The notes below the pieces were generated by a model. The model made no database searches, was not told the origin of the DNA, and was given only the letters and a program-made list of their open reading frames with translations. Position numbers and translations under genes: made by a program. This document shows, piece by piece, positions 25,936 to 38,678 of a DNA stretch of 64,000 nt. The stretch lies in assembly GCF_009914755.1 (NCBI RefSeq), contig NC_060927.1; one strand, given 5' to 3'. The DNA comes from the human T2T-CHM13v2.0 reference genome, Homo sapiens. The first letter of the stretch is position 1; every line of letters starts with the position of its first letter.

Positions 25936-26080
25936 GGCCAGTCATGGTGGCTCATGCCTGTAATCCCAGCACTTTGGGAGGCTGAGGTGGGAGGATTGCT
26001 TGAGGCCAGGAGTTCATGACAAGCCTGGGCAACATAGCAAGACCCTATCTCTACAAAAAATTTAAAAAACAATTAAAAAA
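25936..26080 (+). mobile_element. FLAM_C / Alu left monomer
   Basis: GGCCAGTCATGGTGGCTCATGCC...GGATTGCTTGAGGCCAGGAG...GCAACATAGCAAGACCCTATCTCTACAAAAAA with no right arm. Confidence 0.88.
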
Positions 26081-26285
26081 TTTATGAAGAATAATAAAAA
26101 TAAAATAGCACCATGGTATTTTGAGAATAAAGTAATTAGTAAACCATGTACTCTCTCCCTCTATTTGACAGGGATCCCAACAGAGTATGCTCTATACTAT
26201 TGGTATGATCATTTGGAGGATAATACACACTGACAAGCTAGTAAAACTATATATGGACTCTGTCTCACCTTAAACCCTTAGCTTA

Positions 26286-26750
<465 letters not shown>

Positions 26751-27404
26751 TCAAATCAAGGTCCAGATCCAACAAAATTCTTCCTGTTCTCAGGAGGCAC
26801 AAGCTGTTCTTCACCACCATGGCCCTCTAACCTCCAGCACTCTAATGGAACACTGCTACTTTCTGCCAGGAGTTATAATTATTCGTGAGCTCCTAGAGGA
26901 CAGGGATCATCCTGTTTTATCTTTCAACCTTGCTCTCAGGGTCTCGCACAGTGAGATCAATGACATAGTCATCCTGGCCACAGGGAAGACATACTAGTGA
27001 TGTGTTACTTGGATGCAGCTATGACTCAGATGATGTGCCAAGCTTGGCTATAAACATGCAGCAAGCACACCAGCTTCTCCCTCTGCATTCTCAGCAGAGC
27101 CTGACTTCAAAAAATCACCAAAAGGAAACTTCAATCACCTGAAGTTTCTAAAAGATAAATAAGTAATGTTCAGACCACAGTTGCTCTCCAAAGGGACAGA
27201 ATCCACTGCCTGAACTTGTACCATGGCCTTGAGGTGCACTCCCAGCTGTCTGCATCATGATATGGCCGGTGTCCCTGTCAATGTGCACAGGATGAGAAAC
27301 TGAAGCTCCTGTTGATGAGAATCAATAACAGCAGTAATAATCTTGCCCTGGTCTGCACGAGGCAGCCCCAAAGGGGAGTCCAGCCTCATAAACTCTGCAG
27401 GAAG

Positions 27405-27600
27405 GTGGCCTGGCTCCATCGTTTGCCAGCTGTGTGACTGGTGCAAGTTGCTCAACCTCTCCACCAGCTTCCTCAACTGCAAAGTGAGAATCATAAGCAT
27501 GCCACTCTTATAAGGTTATTGTGAGGATTTAATAAGTTAATATACGAAGAGTGCTTAGAACTGTGCCTGGGATAAATCTTCAATGAATGGTAGTTATTAT
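27405..27600 (+). mobile_element. MIR
   Basis: CAGCTGTGTGACTGGTGCAAGTTGCTCAACCTCTC...GGTTATTGTGAGGATTTAATAAGTTAATATAC..AGTGCTTAGAACTGTGCCTGG. Confidence 0.8.
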
Positions 27601-27844
27601 TTATATTAATAATGACAACAACAAATATTATTAGAAGAAAAACATTTCTAGTGGCCTCTTCTGTTGCAGGAGGAGAAGAGGGGAGAGGAGGGGATAGGAG
27701 AGCAGGGAGGACTGGGAATGTGGGAATATGGTTTCTAGGCCTGGCTCTATGATTATGTAACTCTGTGACCAGAAGCTAAATCACGTCCTCCTCTCTCTGG
27801 ACCTCAATTTCTTCCTCTGTGATATGAGGTCGTTGGACTAGATT

Positions 27845-28030
27845 AGAGTTTCCTAAACTGAGCTAAGCATCAGAATATTCTGGGAAGGCTTTTTAAAAAT
27901 CTAGGTTCTCAGGCCCCACTTCTAGTTTACTGAATTGGGCTCTGAGACTGTGGATACCAGGAATAGTATTTGTTTTTAAGCTTCTTTGGTGAGTCAAATG
28001 CAACTAGTTAGTGCTTAGGAGCCATTGGAT
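27845..28030. mobile_element. MER5-like hAT-Charlie MITE
   Basis: GCATCAGAATATTCTGGGAAGGCTTTTTAAAAAT...CAGGCCCCAC..TACTGAAT...TTTTTAAGCTTC. Confidence 0.6.
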
Positions 28031-28049
28031 TCAACCAAAAACTCCAGCC

Positions 28050-28430
28050 TCAGGGTTTTTTTACTTACTGTTCCCTCTGCTGGGAAAGCTCTTCCCCTCA
28101 ATGTTTCTTTGACTCAGCCTCTCATTCATACTACTGCACAAATGTCACCTCCTCAGAGAAAACCCTCCTGATCATCCTATGTAACTCTCCAGCCACTCTC
28201 CAACCTCTTAATGTGACTCATTCCTCCCTGTAGCACTTCTTACCATGTGCCTTGGTTGGCTGGTCATTCTCCTTGCTCCCTAGACTGTAAACTCCATGAG
28301 GGCAGGGATTGAGTTTTGTCCACCACTGCATCCTAGCAACTCTGGTATAGTGCCTGGTTCCTAAGTGGCACTTAATAATTCAGTTTTGAATTAACTAATG
28401 AATAGCTGAATGGATTGGATGAATGAATAA
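28050..28430 (+). mobile_element. L2 3' end
   Basis: AATGTCACCTCCTCAGAGA, CTAGACTGTAAACTCCATGAGGGCAGGGA, TAGTGCCTGG, (TGAA)n-like tail. Confidence 0.8.
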
Positions 28431-29635
28431 GTGTGCATCCACTTTGCCTCTGCCTGTAGGTCAGAATGTGGAGCTAGCCGACAGCAGCAGGGAGGTGAAG
28501 GGAAGCAGACAGCGTGCTCAGTAGAGAAACTCATGGAGAGTCTTTCCTCCTGGGAGACGTTCTAGAGTACAGCTCAAAGCCTCTCACTGTGGCTCAGCCT
28601 TCAGGGATCCCTGAAGTTCCCCAGGATTGTGGACTATGCTTCTGCTATTCCTGAGGCGATTCTCCAAGGGAGAGGTTTTTAAATCTAGCTGTCTGCCTCA
28701 GAGCTATGTTTTGGGGTTTCATAGCACTCAGATTTTCCAGGTGCTTACATTTAGGGAGGATGATGACAAACTTCTCAGCAGTCACTTTCTGGAGGGGTGG
28801 GGAAGCTTTCCTGATCTCCATTATAGAACAATATACACCAAGAGACATGATGTCATTTAAAAAGGTGTTTTAAAAAGGTGTTTGAGCTGGAAAATGTTTC
28901 CAAAAGTATTTTAGGGGGTTCATAAATGATTAATAAAATTTATAGAGGTGGGTTATTATCTTAAAAATAGAGTATATATGAAATACTTTTGAAGGTAAGA
29001 TTTTATGGGCTAGCATTATATTTCCAGATTTCTAGGCCTTTAAAACATAAATATGCTGATCAGAGCTTTAAAAGAAAAAGTCCATTTTCCCATCACATTT
29101 TGTTTGCACAATTGGGATGTGGAAACTAGACACATAGATTCTGAGGTATTTAACTCATCTGTTCAATTGTTGGCCCTACCAATCAGAAATGATCAGCTTA
29201 AATATCATATCAGCATCTGTAATTTTGACTGACTTGCCAAACATCAAAACTCTCTTTTTGCCCTCTGAATAGTATTTTTTCAAAACTTTGGGGAAAATAA
29301 ATAAGTCAGATAATTTATGATGTGAAAGAGCACACCTTTCCAATATTAGAGAATATTCTCTCAAGACTTAGTTGCACTGATTAAGTTTGGGCAACGTTAA
29401 GTGGATGAAATTTTTCAACAGAACATATCAGCCTTTTTCATATGTTAATGTGCGTGTGATTTTCCTGCAGGAAAAAATCAGACATAACATTTTCCAAAAT
29501 ATCTGATCAGGAAACTCTGTAGACCCAGACTGCCATTTATCCTCTTGTGGAGCTAGCATTCCTCAGAACACAGATAGGAAATGCTGGTCTAGTAAGGACA
29601 ACTAGTGGACTGGCTTGAGTTTTTAGAAAATACGG

Positions 29636-29686
29636 TTTGTTGTTTGTTTGTTTGTTTGTTTGTTCATTTGTTTTTGTTTGTTTGTT
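29636..29686. repeat. (TTTG)n microsatellite, imperfect
   Basis: TTTGTTGTTTGTTTGTTTGTTTGTTTG... Confidence 0.9.
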
Positions 29687-29849
29687 GAGGAAGTTGGAAG
29701 ACAAGTGTTATAAGAATTGCCCAGTGATTTTTCTAAATTCAAGATATGATTCCTGCCCTCTGTAAGCACATGAGAAATGAAAGAGATGGCACAGATGTGT
29801 TCTTGGTATGGATGGCCGGTTTAACAAAAGTACCTATGGGTAAAAATCT

Positions 29850-32550
29850 ACTTTTGGCCATGATGGAGTAAACTGGTATTGGATGTGCCTTCCACCACAA
29901 GCAATGATTAAACAGGACAAAATATCTGAAGCAATTATTTTCAGGCATAGAATAATGGACAGCAGAGGTGTGATCCTCGAAAGAAGGGAAGCCCATGAAG
30001 TGAGCCCTGCATGCCATCTGGCTTTCCATCCGTGGACAGTTACCAGGTCACCGTGCAAGGAGGGGGCGCACAAGCAGAGGACGGTGAGCATGTTTAGTGG
30101 AGGAGGCAGAGATTGGAGCTTGGGAGTGCGGGAGTGGTGGAATCTGCAGGGCAAGGTACCCGAGGAGAAGTATCTGTGCAAGAAGGTTGCCGGAAGTTTG
30201 TATCAGGCAGTCCTCCAGGGTTCTTGGCTGAGAACAGGACTCTACATGCACAGGGTAAAACTCCACTAGGCCTATTAGAGAACAGATATAATGGGGATGA
30301 AACCTGAATAGAAACACCAGAGGTCCTGAGGGTTGGGAGACTTTGGAATGCCAGCCAAGCAGAGGGGAGACACTTAGGTGAGCACCTCACACCGCAAATT
30401 CCACGCCTTAGGAAAAAGGACTGTGCCATAGGATAAGAAATAGACCCATGCTGAAAGAAACCTTAACACACCTTCCACAATGCTGAGGTAAATCATCAGT
30501 AATTTAACTGCCTGTTTAGCAACTGTACTGGCACCCCTTGCTAGTTCAATAAGGTGGAATAAAAAGGGTAAAGATTGGACAGAAAGAAGTAAAAGTTTCT
30601 TTATCTGCAGATCATGTGAATATATATACATACATTAAATACTAAGAGATACATAAAGCCACTGTTAGAACTAGGTAGGCAATTTAGCAACAGAACAAGC
30701 TACAAGGTTAAATACACACATGTCAATTCTATTATGACATACTAACCACAAACAATTAGAAAGTAAAATTTCAAAATGTCATTTGCAATGGCATCAAAAT
30801 ACATAAAATATGCAGAAGTAAGTTAGACAAAAGATGTGCAAGACCTCGCCAGTAAAAATTATACAATCTTGCTGAGAAAAATAAGGGAAAACAAATAAAT
30901 AGAAAGAAATAGCATATTCATTCATTGAAAGGTTCAATATTGTTAAGGCATTAAATTTCCCTCTTACTAAACTAATTCACAGACTCAACACAACCAATCA
31001 AAATCTTAACAAGCTTTTTGTAGAAATTGAGAAGTTGATTCTAAAATTTATATAACAATGCAAAGGATATCTAACATGGCCAAAAGAATCTTCAAAAAAA
31101 GAGCAAGATTCAAGGGGCCCCAATATCTGATTTCAAGACATTAAAAAATATACAAAAATCATAGCAATGTGATATTGGCATGAAGACAGACCAAAAAGAA
31201 AAAAAATAGAATAGAAAGCTCAGAAATAGAACCACACAGATACAATCAGCTGATCTATGATGCAGGCATCAGAGCAGTTAACGGGGAAAAGGAAAGTCTA
31301 TCAAATGGTTCTAGAAGTACTGGATAAATGTTGGGAGAAACATAAGCCTCAATCTTTGCCTCATACCATACATATAAAATTAATTGAGATGAATTATCAG
31401 TTCAATCACAAAATTTAAAATTAAAGAGCTGCTAAAAGAAAACACAGAAGAATGTCTTTACAACCTTGGAGTAGAGCAAAGATTACAGATTTTTTCTGTA
31501 TCCCAAAGATGAGACACAGAAAACACTAACTATAAAATAAAAATGTGAAAACTTAGACTTCATCAAAATAATAAACTTTTGCTCATCAGAAAGACCCCTT
31601 AGGAAAATGAAAATGAAAGCCATAGGCCAAGAGAAAATATTTGCAATACCTGTGTATTAGAAGATAGTTTATCCAGAAAAGGTAAAGAATATTTGCAAAT
31701 TAATAATAATATAAACTAATAAAAATGGACAAAAGACTTCAATGAAGTTTCATGAAAGAAGATATGGGAATGGTAAAAGCATACAAGAAAAGAGTTCAAC
31801 ATCAATAGTCATCAGAGAAATGCAAGTTAAAACCACAATGAGATGACTACTAAATACGCATCAGAACAGCTACATTTAAAAAGACTCACAACATCAAGTC
31901 TGTAAGGAGGCAGAACAACTGAAACTCATTACATTGCTGTTAGAAGTGTAAGGTGGTAGAACCGCTTTAAAAAACTGTTTAGCAGTTTCTTAGTTTCTTA
32001 CAAAGTTAAAGATACATCTAATCTATGAGCCAGCATTTTCACTCCTAGATAATGACCGAAGAGAAATAAAAACATATGCCCACAAAAAGTCTTATCCAAG
32101 AATGTTTATAGCAGCTCTATTCATAATAGTCCGAAACTGGAAACAACCCAGATGTCCATCAACACAAGAATGGATACCCTGTGGTATAGTCATACAATGA
32201 AATGTTACTTACAAATAAAAGAGAATGAACTACTAATACACTCAATCAACATCATGGATGAATCTCAAAAAGTAATATTTTGAGTGAAAAGTGCCAGATA
32301 CAAAACTATTCATACCGTTTGATACCATGTATATGAAATTAAAGAACAGACAAAACGAATCCATAGTAATAAAAATCAAAACAGTGATTGCCTGGGGAGG
32401 GTAGTATTGACTGGATGGAGGCAGCAGACTTCTGATGTGATGGGAATATTGTATCTCTTCATTACTATGTGGATTAATGGGATGTGATACACCCAATTGT
32501 ACTCTTAAGATCTTTGCATCTCATTGTATGCACAATTTTACCTCAAAAAA
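29850..32550 (+). mobile_element. Old L1 (L1MC/L1MD-like): 5' end fragment joined to ORF2 3' part and 3' UTR
   Basis: 5'-end-like GGCCATGATGGAGTAAACTGG..ACAGGACAAAATATCTGAAGCAA; ORF2-like AAAGATGTGCAAGACCT, CTCAGAAATAGAACCACAC, CATCAGAGAAATGCAAGTTAAAACCACAATGAGAT; 3' UTR AACTGGAAACAACCCAGATGTCCATCAAC. Confidence 0.85.
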
Positions 32551-32666
32551 GTAGCGGGAGTAGTGATGGGGAAGGAGAGCATGAGATGGTAGAGAAATAA
32601 AATTAAATTATCCTTTACTTGCAGGTGTGCATACACAACCACCACTGCTACCACCGTGCATGCACG

Positions 32667-32684
32667 CACACACACACACACACA
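32667..32684. repeat. (CA)n microsatellite
   Basis: CACACACACACACACACA. Confidence 0.85.
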
Positions 32685-34354
32685 GAAAGAGGCAATGTAA
32701 ATACGTGTAAGTGCATTCATTGTGAACGGGGCCAGTGTTGCACAGAGCATCATATGCTTTAGGTCCGTTTGAATAACTGTCTTCAAATCTCATTATAACA
32801 AAGATCTTTCCTCTATTCATTTTCTGTCTTTCTTGGGCTTTATTACCGAAATACCCACACACGTCTAAAAAGAGAGGAAACAGAAACATTAATTTTAAAT
32901 TTCACACTTCTCAGAATCCAAGACAAATTATTCCTTGTTGACATTTTAAAATTTCATTTCCTGCCACAATTCTTTTGGGTAAGGAAACTAGAAAAGAAAT
33001 GACTCTCAACTCCTCCCTTGCTTCCCAAACCTGGCCATTTGATTTGAATCTAGAGTTTGATAGCAGAAAAATATTTTTTTCAAGAATTAAAAATAGCTAC
33101 TATTCTAAATGTAAGATAGCTCCTTAACTGACTTAGTAGCACCTTCCCATTAAGACCAACCAAGTGATATTCTCAACAATAGCACCTCGTTTCATGACTA
33201 AAGTGCACTGGTCACATTAAAATGTAACCACATGGAAATGAATGTCCCCCTTTTCACATCTCTGTCCTTGGTTTCCATAGAAGAGGGCTAATTACCTTTT
33301 TAATAGCCCTAATTGATGGGCTTACAGATCCTACCTTTCAGTCCCACTTGTGTGCTGGTGAGAGTGGGGGTGGGGCGGCACTCCATCCTCCTGACCCCTC
33401 TGCTCCAGCTCTTCCTTGTTGGAAGGAGGTTTGCTGACTCGTGAAAGGCCCCTGCCTTGTGTTTCTCTGTTTGCAAGACTACCTGCCGCCCATTGTGGGC
33501 TGACCAGGAAGCCTTCGCTTTGTCTTGGCCAATTGACACAGCTGCACACTCGGTAAATAGACTCAGATGTTGAGCTTTTGTTTGAAGGATCTTTTCAGAT
33601 TAATGCAGAGAGAATTAGTTTTTAAAACTTAAGCCGGAGCCAGGATGAGTAGAATGGAGCTGTGAGCCATTGAATTCACATCCACAAAATGAGGCCAACT
33701 GTCTTACAAGGGTATTTATCCCCTGTTCCTTTTGGAGGTAACATTGAGGGGAGAGGCTCCCACTCTCCCTGGCCTCAGAGTCTTTACTCAGGTCATTGTG
33801 AGGAGAAGAACTGACCAGCAATTACACTCTCCAGCTTCATTCTTCAAAGAGAGATAGTCCAGCCCTTAGTAAGGAGATGCAATTACTGCAAAATGTTTGT
33901 CAACAATTGATTTGGGTTTTCTTATTTCCAGATGATAAGAGATTCTGATAAATAATGTAAGAGGATCCATGGCCTCCAGCAAAGACCATTTTAGCAGATA
34001 TGCAGACAGGGCAGCAGTCTGGACTCAGCACTGATCACCACCTCAGACTCTTCAGCCTTCATTATTTATACCACCCAACCTGTGCCTCACCAACGCACTC
34101 ATTCGGAACCATTCCCTGTTGAGACACCAGTAGCAGTCACAGGTCTCAATGGATGGCTGGTCTCTTGAGGGTGGGGCCATACCTTGGAGTTCTCCCGTAC
34201 CTACCATTTCACTTAACACAGGTTGGAATTTTAGTCACAGTTTTGTTGATTAGAAACTATAGGACTTTATTCTTCTCTGAGACTTGCAGACTCCATTTTC
34301 TCAAGCTATAAACTGGGGACAATTGCTCTTCTTTGCTAACAGTTCTATGTACTT

Positions 34355-34610
34355 AGGAGGCAGTTTAATGTTGTGGAAAGAAATTTGACTTTGACTCAGA
34401 CAGATCTGAGTTCGAATCCTGCCTCTGCCACTTACTAGCTGTGTGATCTTAGACAAGGTCCTCCTCTGAGCGTAGACCTCCTCACCATGACAATCAAGAT
34501 ATGATTGTCCCGTGCCATTGTCAGGGATTGAAAGAGTTTTCTCATTTCTATGTGAAAATGAGAAGCATATCATGTAGAATATTGTAGTATTCCCAATATG
34601 TTAGCTCTTG
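34355..34610 (+). mobile_element. MIR
   Basis: CAGACAGATCTGAGTTCGAATCCTGCCTCTGCCACTTACTAGCTGTGTGATCTTAGACAAG. Confidence 0.8.
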
Positions 34611-35666
34611 CTCTCCAGGTCTCTGCTTTCCAAAGATTTTTTTTAAGAATAAAAAAGATGGAAAAAGAACCTAGTGAATTATACAGTATGTATATATGAA
34701 GCAAGATTCCTTCATGACACAAAGCATGCAATAAATGCTGAAGAACAGCTGTTGGTAGGCACTTCCAGTGCCAACCCTGTCAACCTCTCCTTTCTCTCCT
34801 CTCTCTCCAGTGTCTGAGTGACTGTCACCCCACCCACGACCCATGCACACCCTTCCCACCGCTCCCCCAAATACACACTCACTAACAGAAAAAGAACTGC
34901 TGACAAAACAGAAGAGGTGAGTCCGAAGGATGCAGGCAGCCATGCGAGGGGAAAACAGGCATCGACATCTGAAAAAGTGACAATTTTCTAAATGTGTAGA
35001 CAGGGTGGCATGCAACATATTTCCCAAAGGAAAATGGTGGATGTGGGTAGCTTCCTCCTCCTTGTTCTAGGTTATGGGATTTAAAGAAAATGTTTATTCC
35101 TCTTTTCCTTTATGGAAAATTAACCAATCTGGGATTCCATCTCCCACATTCTCCCATAAAGCACTTTCTGCTGGAGAGTTGGGACCCCCATGCCCTGCCA
35201 CAGGCTTGCTGTGGGCTTATGGCCCCCCAGTAGTAAAATAAGAATTGGACTATATGGCCTTACGGACCCCTCCTGAGCCAAGCATCCAGGCTCCTGATTC
35301 CCCTGCAGCTTGCTGCAAGGAAGGATGTGAAAGCAGAAAACGTGGGTTTTGAACCAGCTCCAACTATGAGGAAAAACGCTGACGGAGGCGCTGCATTGTG
35401 GAAAGCTAGGTCAACCCACAGGTTAGGTCAGATTTCAAGTTCTGATCAGCACGCCTCTAGACTCTAAGAAATTAACACTGGAAAATAGGCCTCTGCTTTG
35501 GGAGATAATTAGTGAAAATATGGTTGATTGAATTTTAAAGGATAAAATATAGCTTCAAACTGTAGCCTGGTGTCGCTTTCTTTTATGACATAGAAAAGAG
35601 AAACTTCTCCTTCTGATAGCAGACTCCTCCATGGGAAGAACACTGGAATGGGAATCAGAAGAAATG

Positions 35667-35960
35667 GGCCAGGCGCGGTGGCTCACACCTGTAATCCCAA
35701 CACTGTAGGAGGTCGAGGCAGGAGGATCACCTGAGGTCACAAGTTCGAGACCAGCCTGACCAACATGGTGAAACCCCCTCTCTACTAAAAATACAAAAAT
35801 TAGCTGGGCCTAGTGGCGCATGCCTGTAATCCCAGCTACTCAGGAGCCTGAGGCAGGAGAATTGCTCGAACCCGGAAGGCAGAGGTTGCAGTGAGCCGAG
35901 ATTGAGCCACAGCACTCCAGCCTGGGCGACAGAGTGAGACTCCATCTAAAAAAAAAAAAA
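35667..35960 (+). mobile_element. AluSx-like, full length
   Basis: Dimeric Alu; TSD GAAGAAATG on both sides. Confidence 0.95.
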
Positions 35961-36944
35961 GAAGAAATGCACACGCCAGACTTGTGCAAATCACCCAACC
36001 TCTCTGAGCCTCAGTTTATTTCTCCGTAATAGGAGATGGAATCCCTCCCCAAGCTCTTCTCTTCCCACGAAGAGAAGGGTGCTACAAAGAAATAGAGGTT
36101 CGCTGTTGCTATGTTTCCTGCCTGTCCTGATCCTCTCTATCGCGTGTTCATGTTCCTTGAACAATGTTGGCACTTCCCAGTAGGCTCACGTGGGAAGTGT
36201 CAGCACCAGGAACTTTGCCATGAAATGCACATAGAGATGGAAGGCGATTGGGAATACCATTTGAGAACACTGAAGCAGGGTGCACTGAAGACAAGCACGT
36301 TGTGGTGAAAGGAAAAGGATGTACCAGGAGATGTGAAGGGAGCCTTGATACCAGCGCATTCCACCTGCCTTGCTTTTGTCGTCAGGTTTAAAGAAGGCAG
36401 TGAAGGGGCCCCAGGCTGAGAGGCAGGAGGCCTGGGCGCTGATTTCGCCTCTCCCTGCTTTTGGGCCTCAGTCTCTTCGTCTGTAAGAAGAACGGGCCAT
36501 CTCTCTCCAACATGCCAAATTGCTCCAGAAATCAGCTTCGTGTTTTTCCTCCTCATCCCGGGTTCTTGAGCCTGATTTCAAAAACGACGAATTAGAAAAT
36601 CATAGTCTCTGAGGAACCACCTTTGGTTTTGAGGCTTTTAGCTTAAAGCTCAGTTTCTAAATCTTACTCAGGTGGTCAGGCCTGATTCCTGCTTGGCTCA
36701 ATCTGCCTAGAGGTAGGCAAAGGCGGCTGTGGTAGGAGACCAGGAATAATCACAGTGTAAGGCTGGATTGGTGTGTCCTCTGGTCATGGGAAGCCTTCAG
36801 AGCTGGGCTGGAATTTCAGCGGGTCTTCAGGGGTGCACAGGTAAAGTCTTGGTGGACGAGCATTCTAGGCAAAAGCCATGCCGGTTCATGGTGCTGTGTA
36901 CTTCAGACTGTTTAGTAGATTCCCTGCTACAAAAAATAGTCCTC

Positions 36945-37282
<338 letters not shown>

Positions 37283-37379
37283 TCACTCACAGGGAAGGGT
37301 GAGACAGCAGTTCTTTCATGATTGACATTTTTGAGCTGACCGCAGCTCTGCTGCTTTCAACGTTTGCCCCAGGGTCATC

Positions 37380-37580
37380 TTTGCTCTCCCCAGGCCACCA
37401 GTGAGAGCAGAGCATGGAGATGGCCTGTGTCACTGTTCCCTTGGCCCAAACACCATTAGCTGGAAGTCTGTCACGCAGCCACATCTAACTGGAAAGGGGA
37501 CTAGAAAGTATAATCTAGTTGTGGACCCAGGAAGCCCGTGACAGTGGGGATTCTAGGGAACTGCCAGCTATCTCTGCCAG
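37380..37580 (-). mobile_element. Old MaLR LTR fragment (MLT1J-like)
   Basis: CCATTAGCTGGAAGTCTGTCACGCAGCCACATCTAACTGGAAAGGGGACTAGAAAGTATAATCTAG...CTATCTCTGCCA. Confidence 0.6.
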
Positions 37581-37867
37581 TCAGGACCATTTATTTCAGG
37601 CTGGGCTCCTTCTGAATAGAAAAGCAGCCGGAGGCCCAGGCGAGGCAAGTGAGGGAGGAAGGGAGCAGCCGTCAGCCTGCAGTGCACTCAAGCCAGCCTC
37701 ACTTTTTGGGTAAAGCCAATTTCACTCCAGTAGATACAGAGGCCTGGAACCCCTGGATAAGGAGGCCTCCACATTTCTCCCTGTCTATGAGAAGGTGAGA
37801 GAGAAGGTTCAAGAAGGCTTTTTCACAAGCAAACCATCAGGCCCCCCAGGGTGTAATTTGGAAACCC

Positions 37868-37897
37868 CCTGGCTTTCCCTGGCTTTCCCTGGCTTTG
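37868..37897. repeat. 10-bp tandem repeat x3
   Basis: CCTGGCTTTC CCTGGCTTTC CCTGGCTTTG. Confidence 0.8.
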
Positions 37898-38660
37898 CCC
37901 TCGGCCCTTGGTCCCTCCTCCTACCCTGTTTTCAGCCCATTTCTCTAGGCATGCACCAGTGGCCAGGACTACCACGTTGCCTGACACCTCGGCTCGGTGC
38001 CTCGCCTGTGGGCCACTTTGGGCCGGAGCTACTGATGGGAGCTGATTCAAGAGCCTGGCCCAGCCCTGTGGCTTTGATGGGCTTTCATCCTCCCGCCTGC
38101 GCTCCTTGGCTGGACGCCTGGGGAGCTGCATAGCCTTGCCCCGGGCTATCTGCTTTCAGTGGGAGAGGTCCTTCTCTCTGAATACAGGAGGACCCGGAGG
38201 TGAGGAGGTGAGACTTGGGCACTCTCGTCTCTGCAGCCTGAGAGCTGAGCCTGCGCCAAAGCCATCTGCCTTCACCCAACTTTCCCAAGGAGCAGACAAG
38301 ATAAAGGACAGACGGAATGAACACTGAACAACTTGTTAATGATTTTATTGCAGGTTAAATCAAATGTCTCCAGTAAAACTACAGGAGAACTGCTTTAACC
38401 TTACCCTGCTGTAAATATGTATTAACTCAATTACTATCAGCAATTAAGGCCTAGTTTGGGAACACTGGTCTGAGACAAAAAAGACATTATCATCCTGGGA
38501 AATGAATCCAGAATAAAAGGAATTTATTCCACCTGAGCTAATGAGCAGCTGTATGGGGATGGAAATGAAGGCCTTTGCCTCGGAATTGCTTTTGACCGTT
38601 CATACAGGGAGAGGAGAAAAGGTTCGCCTTTACGTAAAGCTCTTGGAAGCACATTAGGGA

Positions 38661-38678
38661 CATTGTTACAATGCAAAT
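38661..38678 (+). promoter_or_regulatory. Candidate SOX/octamer composite motif
   Basis: CATTGT-TACA-ATGCAAAT: SOX site plus perfect octamer; motif match only, no functional data. Confidence 0.35.

Noticed and set aside
33905-33962. Possible 25-nt micro-exon (TTTCCAG|ATG...AAT|GTAAGA)
   Set aside because: Weak donor, length not a multiple of 3, stops present and no supporting neighbouring exons.
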